Shown: positions 8,539 to 16,082 of the stretch, one piece after another
How the letters are laid out: each line of letters opens with the position of its first letter
Position numbering within the stretch: the first letter of the stretch is position 1
DNA from: Candidatus Micrarchaeaceae archaeon
Lineage (GTDB): Archaea; Micrarchaeota; Micrarchaeia; Micrarchaeales; Micrarchaeaceae
Reading direction: 5' to 3'
NCBI GenBank assembly: GCA_050013715.1
Contig: JBEKES010000012.1
Coordinates: forward strand, 1 to 21,723
DNA length: 21,723 nucleotides
The notes under the pieces: model-generated
The model's input: only the letters and a program-made list of their open reading frames with translations
What the model was told of the DNA's origin: nothing
Database searches by the model: none
Program-made: the position numbers and the translations under genes

Positions 8539-9801
8539 TCAGTTCATTGCCTTTACGCTGTTTGAGTAATGGCTCTTTACGTATAATTCGATTCTTCTTT
8601 TGAATTCTTCTGAGGCCTCGCTTGCCTTTACTGATCCTGTCTGCTTTCCATCTTCATATATAATGCAAGCTGGATTCTCTCCAGTTCCTGGTAGCGAAAT
8701 ACCTAAATTAGCACGTTTGCTTTCTCCAGGTCCGTTGACTACGCAACCCATAACTGCAACTTTCATTGCCTCAACGCCCTTGTAACCTTGATTTTTCCAT
8801 TCAGGCATCTTCTCTTGTAGATAACCGGTCAAGTCTTGAGCCATTTCCTGGAATACAGTTGATGTTGTTCTTCCACAACCCGGGCAACTTGAGACAAGAG
8901 GTGAAAAGTGCCTTATGTCCAGTGATTGAAGTATCTGCCTTGAGACTATTACCTCTTCAGTTCTGCTTGAGCCCGGTGTTGGTGTAAGCGAGACTCTTAT
9001 TGTGTCGCCAATTCCTTCAGTGAGCAGCAAAGACAATGCAGCTGCGGACGCAGCAATTCCCTTGCTTCCCAAACCGGCTTCTGTCAATCCAACATGAAGC
9101 GGATTTTCCAATCTATCAGAAAGCAATTGATAAGCGCGAACCATCTGCGGAACTTCTGATATTTTTGTACTTACTATTATCTTGTCAGGTTCAAGTCCAT
9201 ACTCTACTGCCTTGTTAACTGATTGCACTGCACTTTCAACAACAGCATCAACCGTTATGTCATTTGCCTCTTTTGGAGTTTTGCTTCTTGTGTTCTCATC
9301 CATTAATTTTGTAAGTACGCTTTGATCGAGAGAACCCCAGTTAACTCCTATTCTTACTGGTTTATTGTGATCTTTTGCAACATCTATAATTGCCTTGAAA
9401 TTGTCGTCGTGCTTTTCCCCAAAGCCAACGTTTCCCGGGTTTATCCTATACTTGTCGAGTGCATCTGCGCATTCCGGCACTTCTGTAAGGAGCTGATGGC
9501 CATTGTAATGGAAGTCACCTATCAAAGGTATATCATATCCAAGATCATCAAGCGCTTTTCTTATGCTGCTTACTGCTCTTGCCATCTTGAGATTTTGGAC
9601 TGTGAATCTGACTAGTTCGGATCCTGCCTTGTGCAGTTCGATTATCTGTGCAATTGTTGTGTTTATGTCACTTGTATCTGTATTGGTCATGCTCTGCACT
9701 GCAACAGGATAGTCGCTTCCTATGTACATGTTCCTTACTTTTACCTGTATGCTTTTCCTTCTTGGCTTCCAACCAGAACCTTTTGACATTTCTATTATCA
9801 T
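8539..9801 (-). CDS. ispG: (E)-4-hydroxy-3-methylbut-2-enyl diphosphate synthase (GcpE), ~420-aa type
   Basis: VQSMTNT, DFHYNGH, RINPGN, RIGVNWGSL, LHVGLTEAG, GIGDTIRVSL, CPGCGR and VAVMGCVVNGPGE (three Fe-S Cys). Start set at ATG 9801 after AGGTGAG; ATG 9789 is an alternative. Confidence 0.97.
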   Translation of the reverse strand: MIIEMSKGSGWKPRRKSIQVKVRNMYIGSDYPVAVQSMTNTDTSDINTTIAQIIELHKAGSELVRFTVQNLKMARAVSSIRKALDDLGYDIPLIGDFHYNGHQLLTEVPECADALDKYRINPGNVGFGEKHDDNFKAIIDVAKDHNKPVRIGVNWGSLDQSVLTKLMDENTRSKTPKEANDITVDAVVESAVQSVNKAVEYGLEPDKIIVSTKISEVPQMVRAYQLLSDRLENPLHVGLTEAGLGSKGIAASAAALSLLLTEGIGDTIRVSLTPTPGSSRTEEVIVSRQILQSLDIRHFSPLVSSCPGCGRTTSTVFQEMAQDLTGYLQEKMPEWKNQGYKGVEAMKVAVMGCVVNGPGESKRANLGISLPGTGENPACIIYEDGKQTGSVKASEASEEFKRRIELYVKSHYSNSVKAMN

Positions 9802-9805
9802 ATAC

Positions 9806-10753
9806 TCACCTAGCTCTATTTTCTGGAACTCTGTATAACTCATAGGGCATTGTGAACTTCATGTTTTCTTTAATTACCTCTAATTCTTCTACTGTTGCCC
9901 CACTGTTCTTGAAACGTGTTGCTATGCTTTGGACTATGTGCTCTGGAGCGCTTGCACCAGCAGAAATTCCAAGAACTTTCTTGCCATTGAGCCATTCCTC
10001 CTTTATCTCATCTAATGTGTCTATAAGATAAGCATCCTTTCCTAGGTTTCTTGCAGATTCTACCAATCTGTTTGAATTTGAGGAGTTCTTGCTCCCAACA
10101 ACTAGCAATATATCGCATTGCTTTGCAGCCTGCTTTATTGCAGCCTGCCTGTTTGTAGTTGCATAGCATATGTCTCCAGAAGGAGGCTGCTGAATATTTG
10201 GGAATCTTTGCTTCAGTGCTTTTATTACTCCCATGCACTCATCAACAGAGAGAGTTGTTTGTGTTAGATAAACAAGTTTATCTGCATCTTTTACATTAAG
10301 TGTTTGAACGTCCTCTGCAGTTTCAATGATTTGGGTGATATCAGGTCGAACTCCCATAACTCCAACAGCTTCTGGATGTCCCTTATGACCTATGTATACT
10401 ATCTCTCTTCCTTCTCTTGCGTATCTTCCTACTTCAATATGTATTTTTGTAACAAGAGGGCAAGTGGCATCTATTGTAATAAGCTTTCTCGATTCTGCCT
10501 GCTCCCTAACTTGGGGTGCGATTCCATGCGCCGAGAAAATGCATATGCTTTCTCTTGGGACTTCTGAGACTTCCTCTACGAATATCGCGCCTTTTGCACG
10601 GAGGTCATCGCATACTACCTTGTTGTGCACTATTTCGTGCTTTACGTATATAGGGGCGCCGAAAGTCTTCAATGCCTCTTCAACAGTATCTATTGCACGC
10701 TCAACACCAGCGCAGAACCCGCGCGGCTTGATTATAACTACTCTCTCTATCAT
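9806..10753 (-). CDS. ispH: 4-hydroxy-3-methylbut-2-enyl diphosphate reductase (LytB)
   Basis: PRGFCAGV, HEIVHN, FSAHG, DATCPLV, GHKGHPE, TQTTLS, DICYAT.NRQ, SSNSNRL and AGASAPE. All three Fe-S Cys are present. Confidence 0.98.
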   Translation of the reverse strand: MIERVVIIKPRGFCAGVERAIDTVEEALKTFGAPIYVKHEIVHNKVVCDDLRAKGAIFVEEVSEVPRESICIFSAHGIAPQVREQAESRKLITIDATCPLVTKIHIEVGRYAREGREIVYIGHKGHPEAVGVMGVRPDITQIIETAEDVQTLNVKDADKLVYLTQTTLSVDECMGVIKALKQRFPNIQQPPSGDICYATTNRQAAIKQAAKQCDILLVVGSKNSSNSNRLVESARNLGKDAYLIDTLDEIKEEWLNGKKVLGISAGASAPEHIVQSIATRFKNSGATVEELEVIKENMKFTMPYELYRVPENRAR

Positions 10754-10780
10754 GTTATCATATTTATTCTGTTAATTAGC

Positions 10781-10824
10781 TATTTAAATCAGTATATCAA
10801 GTTAGACAAACGACGTTGTTTATC
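10781..10824 (-). promoter_or_regulatory. BRE/TATA-like ATACTGATTTAAATA plus an upstream 20-bp palindrome, ahead of ispH-ispG
   Basis: On the minus strand ATAC begins at 10795, 42 nt before the ispH ATG. Palindrome GACAAACGAC|GTTGTTTATC at 10805-10824 (8/10 matches). Confidence 0.55.
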
Positions 10825-10909
10825 CTCCTTTGTTACCTTTCTCTTATGTAATTTCTTTGAATGAATCTAGATAGGTTTAATATGTTAATCTTCCAAGTTA
10901 TGTTTTACG

Positions 10910-11818
10910 ATGATATTAATGCATACAATAATTGCTGTGCCATTTGATGAGACTCTTGCGGAATTCATAGGAAAAAAAGGCAGCGAGAACAGCATAACTT
11001 TCTTCAACAGGAAATTGAACGATGATGTAATTGTTGCACTGCAACCCTCTTCCATTGAGGATAAATTCTATGCGTTGCCTCAATCAATGCTTCTTTCAGA
11101 TCAAATAATAGTGAGCACTAAAAACATGGACAAGCTTTTCGGTGAAGTCATAGTCGCATGTTCTCTTCTCAAAAAGAGAGTAATATTCACAAAGGACAAT
11201 GACATAGCTTCAATTCTAAGCAATGTAAAATTGGAGAATCATATATTCAACGATAGAGAAGAACTTCTCAATTCAATAACTTCTTACAAATCAAACGGAA
11301 AAAATGAAGACAAAACAAGAATAGACATCGACAAGGCATTCAACGTAAAAGGCGTTGGCGTTGTTGCGCTTGGATTTGTAACAAAAGGGACAGTAAAAGT
11401 ACATGATGAAATGCTGCATAATTCTGGCAAGAAAGTGATAATAAGGTCTATACAAAGCCAAGATGAAGATGTCAAAACTGCGACAAAAGGCACAAGAGTA
11501 GGGCTCGCACTCAAAGGAATAGACGAAAGTGACATGCAAAAAGGGGATGTTCTTGCTAACACTACTATAAAACCAACAAAATCAATTACTGTTCAGGCAA
11601 ACCAGAGCAAATTTGTTACAGAGCAAATAGAGACTGGAAAAGTTTACTTCATAGCGATAGGCTTTTCATATGTAAATGCAACAGTTGAAAGCATTGATGG
11701 CAATAAAATAAAATTCAATTTCGACAAATTAGTTCCAGTTGAAATAAATGATGAAGTTATAATAATAAGGACATTGGTGCCCAGGATATTCGCATCAGGA
11801 ACAATAATCAGCGTTTAG
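10910..11818 (+). CDS. Archaeal SelB-like / EF-Tu-domain protein with a degenerate G domain (aSelBL-like)
   Basis: EF-Tu/SelB domain II pattern IDKAFNVKGVGVVALG...IRSIQ...GTRVGLALKG...KGDV. N-terminal GKKGS..ITFF but no GxxxxGKT/NKxD. Start may be 10919. Confidence 0.8.
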   Translation: MILMHTIIAVPFDETLAEFIGKKGSENSITFFNRKLNDDVIVALQPSSIEDKFYALPQSMLLSDQIIVSTKNMDKLFGEVIVACSLLKKRVIFTKDNDIASILSNVKLENHIFNDREELLNSITSYKSNGKNEDKTRIDIDKAFNVKGVGVVALGFVTKGTVKVHDEMLHNSGKKVIIRSIQSQDEDVKTATKGTRVGLALKGIDESDMQKGDVLANTTIKPTKSITVQANQSKFVTEQIETGKVYFIAIGFSYVNATVESIDGNKIKFNFDKLVPVEINDEVIIIRTLVPRIFASGTIISV

Positions 11819-12488
11819 TTTTGTATTCCTTTATCTTTGTGAATCCTATTATTCCAAGCCATATCAGTATTATTGCAAGAAGATCAAGATAGTAAATGAA
11901 AATATTTGATATCGTTATGTGTATTATGTTAACAATCCAGAACACTATAATTCCTGGTATTATTGCCAGCACTTTCTTGTCTTGCTTATAATACAGAAGC
12001 GCAACCATGAAAAGAACCGCAGAAGCGCCCAGTGTTATTATTGATGACGAAATATAAACAAGTCCCGAAAGTTTTCCATATACAATATAATTTGATAAAA
12101 GTGCGCTTACATTAGTGACGCATAATGCAGCTATAAGGAAAAGAGCGGCAAGTATGCAGAAATAATAGTAATATTTTTTCAGCTTTTCTGATTTAATGAA
12201 TTGGATGTGTCCTAGCGAGATTGCAAGAATGGGCAACGTAATGGTTAGTAAGTAAATCTTGATCAGAAAATCAGACTTGATGCCAAACGCAAACATTATC
12301 TCAAGCAATACGGCAATAGCAAAGAACCTAAGGCCTGCGCTCCACAATAGATAACTTACGTTCTTCTTGTTTTTAAGATAGAACCTTGTCAAAAGCACCG
12401 ACAAAAGCGCAGCAACTAGAAATATAAACATAGTTGAAACTATTGTTGTAATCTGGGCGTTTATCATGCAACCATAGTTGTATTTCAA
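11808..12488 (-). CDS. Integral membrane protein (~7 TM), paralog of 3275..3913
   Basis: WSAGLRFFAIAVLLEIMFAFG, IKSEKLKKYYY and YISSSIIT align with the 3275..3913 protein. The true start may be slightly downstream (MINAQ). Confidence 0.8.
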   Translation of the reverse strand: MKYNYGCMINAQITTIVSTMFIFLVAALLSVLLTRFYLKNKKNVSYLLWSAGLRFFAIAVLLEIMFAFGIKSDFLIKIYLLTITLPILAISLGHIQFIKSEKLKKYYYYFCILAALFLIAALCVTNVSALLSNYIVYGKLSGLVYISSSIITLGASAVLFMVALLYYKQDKKVLAIIPGIIVFWIVNIIHITISNIFIYYLDLLAIILIWLGIIGFTKIKEYKTKR

Positions 12489-12523
12489 AAGAAAGAAATA
12501 ATAAGCTAACTAATAACGATAAT

Positions 12524-12970
12524 CTATTCTTTTGAAGCCATAAGTTTATTACCACTAGAATCGATTACAACTATTCCATTATTCTTGTAACCCCATTTAA
12601 TGTGAGTCCATACTCTCTCATATAATGTTTGCCAAGGTATCTTCACTACAAAATAAATAGCGCTGATTTCTGTCGCTATCTTCAATTGATGTGTTGTAAA
12701 CCAAGCAACAAGCGGGGCAACAACAAGTAAGTCAATAATTCTATAAGTCCCTATTTTTACCACGCTTCGAGTAAAAGCCTCTTTCGGATTTTTAAGTGTT
12801 CTCATAAAATTAGTATAATTAAACTTTTTTAGTGCATCATTATCGACATAATCATCAATGTTTCTCAATAATGCATCTATTTTGCTAGGATTTTCCTTTA
12901 GGGACATAAGTTCCTCTCTACGTAATCCTACTAGTTTTTCTTTACTATCATTTTTAGTTCTACTTTTCAT
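12524..12970 (-). CDS. DUF2061-like small membrane protein with an N-terminal extension
   Basis: RSVVKIGTYRII ... two hydrophobic stretches ... LYERVWTHIKWG matches the RSxxKxxxxR / ERxWxxIxWG pattern of DUF2061. Confidence 0.7.
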   Translation of the reverse strand: MKSRTKNDSKEKLVGLRREELMSLKENPSKIDALLRNIDDYVDNDALKKFNYTNFMRTLKNPKEAFTRSVVKIGTYRIIDLLVVAPLVAWFTTHQLKIATEISAIYFVVKIPWQTLYERVWTHIKWGYKNNGIVVIDSSGNKLMASKE

Positions 12971-13058
12971 AAAGGTTCAACTTAATTATACATAATCATA
13001 TTAATTATATATAATTAGATATAAAAACCTATCTATTTGACAGGAATGTACCAAAGAA

Positions 13059-13742
13059 CTAGTTTTTGTTGAAGAACTTCTTTATCTTGTCAAAGCCGAA
13101 AGACACAATGACACTGCTACCTGTTATTGTTACTATTGCTGGTATGGGATTAAGCGTAAGTATGGATGTCGCTATCCCGCTCGCTATAAGGACTTTTGAT
13201 AATGGTGCATCAAGGATATCAACGACTTTCTGCTTGGTATTTGCGGGCAATCTTGTTTTTGCGTCTATATCAGCTATGCATATTCCTTCCCGGAAAAGTC
13301 TTATGTGCTTGTCCTCTTCACTTGCAAGTATGCATACTATGTTCTTTATCTTGCTGGTCCCTAGTGCAAACGCATGCCTCTTCCCATGGCCGAAAAAGGT
13401 ATGGTGCTTTTTCAGAGTTACTCCGAATTCTCTCATCTCGCCGCTCTTCTCTATTATTGTAGCACCGTCTATTGATGCAAGATGCCTTATGACCGGATCA
13501 TCTCTTTCGTTTGTTACGTTGAGCGGTTTGCCGTCCTTTCTTATTATTGACTCAAAAACCTTTGTGTAATAATCATACCTTCTTTTTTTGTTAAGATCTA
13601 CCACAAAAAGGCATCCATGCTGCACGCTCTTGAATGCTATGTCCATGCAGGAGCTTAGAACTTCCTTTTCTTTTGTCTTTTTCGAAAACATGAGATTTGC
13701 GTGGTTTGTATTGGAGTTACTTGATGCATTGTTATGTTTCAT
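13059..13742 (-). CDS. Diadenylate cyclase (DisA_N/DAC) domain protein with a hydrophobic C-terminus
   Basis: HGCLFVV, LASIDGATII (DGA), GHGKRHAFA (RHx) and ILASEED. C-terminal LIASGIATSILTLNPIPAIVTITGSSVIVSFG. Confidence 0.8.
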   Translation of the reverse strand: MKHNNASSNSNTNHANLMFSKKTKEKEVLSSCMDIAFKSVQHGCLFVVDLNKKRRYDYYTKVFESIIRKDGKPLNVTNERDDPVIRHLASIDGATIIEKSGEMREFGVTLKKHHTFFGHGKRHAFALGTSKIKNIVCILASEEDKHIRLFREGICIADIDAKTRLPANTKQKVVDILDAPLSKVLIASGIATSILTLNPIPAIVTITGSSVIVSFGFDKIKKFFNKN

Positions 13743-13794
13743 GTTATATCAATCATTGACTATTTATTTAATCCTTTGGAATTGTTTCATTGAA

Positions 13795-14439
13795 CTAATC
13801 CTTGAATAGTTTTTTCAGCTTGTCAAAACCATCAGTGGTAATTACGTTGCTTCCAGTTATTATCAGCATTGCAGGATTCGGGTTCGATTCCAGCATGGAA
13901 TTGGGGATTCCGCTCTCTTTTAAGGATTCGGACAAAGGCTTTGCCATAATATCTACTATTCTGTGCCTTAGGGTTCCAGGAACATACATATTAGAGTCTA
14001 TATCTGCTACGCACACGCCATCACGGAAAAGTCTTACGTGTTTATCCTCTTCGCTTGCAAGTATGCATACAATATTCTTCAATGTGCTGGTTCCGAGCGC
14101 AAACGCATGCCTCTTCCCATGGCCAAAAAAGGTGCGTGGAATCTTTAAAGTTACTCCAAATTCCCTCATTTCGCCACTATTTGCTATAACAACAGCACCA
14201 TCAACGGTTGCAAGGTGCTTTATTATCGGTATGTCCTTCTCCGATACTACTGATAATAATTCTTCCTCCTCTCCTTTTAAGGACTGGAAAACCTTTGTAT
14301 AATACTTGTTTCTCAAATTCCCGTTAAGCTCAATTATGAAAACGCATCCATGCTCAATATTCTGAAGCGCAATATCCATGCAGGATTTGATTACTTCTTT
14401 GTCTCTACTATTCGAAATGGGCTTCTCTGATTTACTCAT
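13795..14439 (-). CDS. Diadenylate cyclase (DisA_N/DAC) domain protein, tandem paralog with a more polar C-terminus
   Basis: HGCVFII, LATVDGAVVI, GHGKRHAFA and ILASEED. Start at ATG 14439 (MSKSEKP) after AGGTG. Confidence 0.8.
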   Translation of the reverse strand: MSKSEKPISNSRDKEVIKSCMDIALQNIEHGCVFIIELNGNLRNKYYTKVFQSLKGEEEELLSVVSEKDIPIIKHLATVDGAVVIANSGEMREFGVTLKIPRTFFGHGKRHAFALGTSTLKNIVCILASEEDKHVRLFRDGVCVADIDSNMYVPGTLRHRIVDIMAKPLSESLKESGIPNSMLESNPNPAMLIITGSNVITTDGFDKLKKLFKD

Positions 14440-14683
14440 AACTGCACCTACTGTAATGTATCTGGAAAGTCTTTGGTCACTTGAAAATAGCATTTATGTT
14501 ATTTATGCCTTATGGTAAAATTTATTTGCGGAATTAAGTGTATTTGAACTCCAAATCTTCGAAGTTATAAATCAGGAAAAGCTCCGGGAGGTCTGATACT
14601 CTTAGGTTTGAAACCCTAGCTTTGTCTTAGGCTAAGGTAAAGGAATTTTTAAGTCCATTAAATAAATTAACTATAGTAATTCC

Positions 14684-15253
14684 CTAATCTCTTTTTAAAG
14701 ATTCTGCATCAGTAGTAGTATCTTCTATTAATCTTATTTCACCATCTTTTACATCATCTTTAAAAATCTGAAAAGCTTCTAAAGTTTTAGATACAACTGA
14801 TAAATTTGAAGCTTTCAATGAAGACATGCCTCTTAATTGTGTACTTATGTAAATATCTATAATCTCCATCAATCTATCTTCTAATTTTTCTGGTTTTTGG
14901 CTAAGCAATCTAAATTCTTCATTAAATATATCTTCTTTACTTTGATGGTCTCTGTATTTCATAAAACCAGAATTGCCAATTGTATTACCATTAGGTTTAA
15001 GTTCTATTATAAAATCTATACTTCTTACATTAGGGCTGTGCTTTGATTGATTTGGATAGACATCCATCACAATTTCATCTTTTTGTCCTCCTGGAGATGG
15101 ATATTTACTAACTATATGAAACCTATTTTTAATAAATTCAGAATCAGGATCACTTAAAAAATGAGCCTCTATAATATAAACTTTTGTTTCAAACTTTCCA
15201 CTACATGATTCGAATTTTGGCTCGTTTCTGGTTGCAAGTTTTTGTGTTGCCAT
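14684..15253 (-). CDS. Hypothetical protein (AT-rich orphan, ~189 aa)
   Basis: Only long ORF in the interval. GAGTGA precedes ATG 15253 (MATQKL) and a TTATAAATA element lies upstream. No recognised motif. Confidence 0.65.
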   Translation of the reverse strand: MATQKLATRNEPKFESCSGKFETKVYIIEAHFLSDPDSEFIKNRFHIVSKYPSPGGQKDEIVMDVYPNQSKHSPNVRSIDFIIELKPNGNTIGNSGFMKYRDHQSKEDIFNEEFRLLSQKPEKLEDRLMEIIDIYISTQLRGMSSLKASNLSVVSKTLEAFQIFKDDVKDGEIRLIEDTTTDAESLKRD

Positions 15254-15393
15254 GTATGTCACTCATGTAACTCTATTTTAATAGATATTTATAACTTCAT
15301 TTTCGTAAAAAAGATGGTTTTAAACTATTTATAAAAACCCTTTTGAGGATTTGAATCCTAAACGAGTTTTACGACTCTAAAAGTAGGGTGCAT

Positions 15394-15466
15394 AGCCCCG
15401 GGAGGGAGTTGAACCCCCGACCTCCAGTTTACGAAACTGGCGCTACTACCACTGAGCTACCGAGGC
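15394..15466 (-). tRNA. tRNA-Thr(CGT), intronless, CCA not encoded
   Basis: GCCTCGG TA GCTCAGTGGTAGTAGC G CCAGT TTCGTAA ACTGG AGGTC GGGGG TTCAACT CCCTC CCGGGGC T: a full 73-nt cloverleaf with anticodon CGT and discriminator U. Confidence 0.96.
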
Positions 15467-16082
15467 AGTCATTAAGAAGCAATGCTCCTTTTTTAGAATG
15501 TCTGCTATTTGAAAATCCTATATCTTTAATATATTTCAAAACTTGCACTTTTCCATTTAAATAAACTGTATGTGCCTTCCCATATTTTGTAACTTGCTTC
15601 GAAAGTGTTGGTTTAAAACCCTTAGAAAGTAACAATTTATAAATTTGTAAACATAATTTTTTATTTCTAAGATGAAGTATAATTCTAGGATATGGTGTTT
15701 TGTATATTTTTCTTTTATCAAATGATAAGCATCCATTAGTATCAATAATTCCTCTTATGCAAGACTTAGAAAGTTCCCAATTCTGGCAAATTATATTAGG
15801 TATTAATACTTTATATGTTTTACCTCTTCCTGATTGAATTCCTAAGTTATTCAAAAATAAAGTAAATTTTTTATTATTTATACGCAAACGAACTCCGAAT
15901 GAACCAGTTCGAATTGATGGGATATAATATAGCTCCTTTACAATTATGGGCAATAACTTATTTTTATAGTAATCTATATCTAAATTTCTGTCGCCAGAAA
16001 TCTCAACATATCTATTTTTATAAATATTACCATCTCCAATTATAGCTCCTATTAACTCAGCCATTTGATGTGAAAGATCCAT
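15429..16082 (-). CDS. Free-standing two-motif LAGLIDADG (intein-type DOD) homing endonuclease homolog
   Basis: Motif 1 ELIGAIIGDG, block-D-like GKTYKVLIP, motif 2 CIRGIIDTNG, block-H-like LCLQIYKLLLSKGF and IGFSNSRH. No intein splicing domains. Start set at ATG 16082; the last 38 nt overlap tRNA-Thr. Confidence 0.88.
   Translation of the reverse strand: MDLSHQMAELIGAIIGDGNIYKNRYVEISGDRNLDIDYYKNKLLPIIVKELYYIPSIRTGSFGVRLRINNKKFTLFLNNLGIQSGRGKTYKVLIPNIICQNWELSKSCIRGIIDTNGCLSFDKRKIYKTPYPRIILHLRNKKLCLQIYKLLLSKGFKPTLSKQVTKYGKAHTVYLNGKVQVLKYIKDIGFSNSRHSKKGALLLNDCLGSSVVVAPVS

Noticed and set aside
9802..9843. Longest-ORF N-terminal extension of ispG (likewise rpe to 6896, DAC to 14493, LAGLIDADG to 16253)
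   Set aside because: These extensions overlap neighbouring genes or promoters. Downstream ATGs fit the RBS and family N-termini better.
13002..13017. Perfect palindrome TAATTATATATAATTA
   Set aside because: A pure A/T sequence that coincides with the likely TATA box; easily arises by chance.
13066..14302. Two similar plus-strand ORFs (13066..13569 and 13802..14302)
   Set aside because: Antisense shadows of the duplicated DAC genes; their similarity follows from that duplication.
14500..14680. Possible c-di-AMP (ydaO) riboswitch upstream of the DAC genes
   Set aside because: I could not see the characteristic conserved segments on the minus strand. Kept only as a weak structured-region finding.
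4043..16082. Intact mobile element (IS, provirus or integrative element) carrying the MEP genes or tRNA-side genes
   Set aside because: No integrase, transposase, terminal repeats or clear direct repeats were seen.
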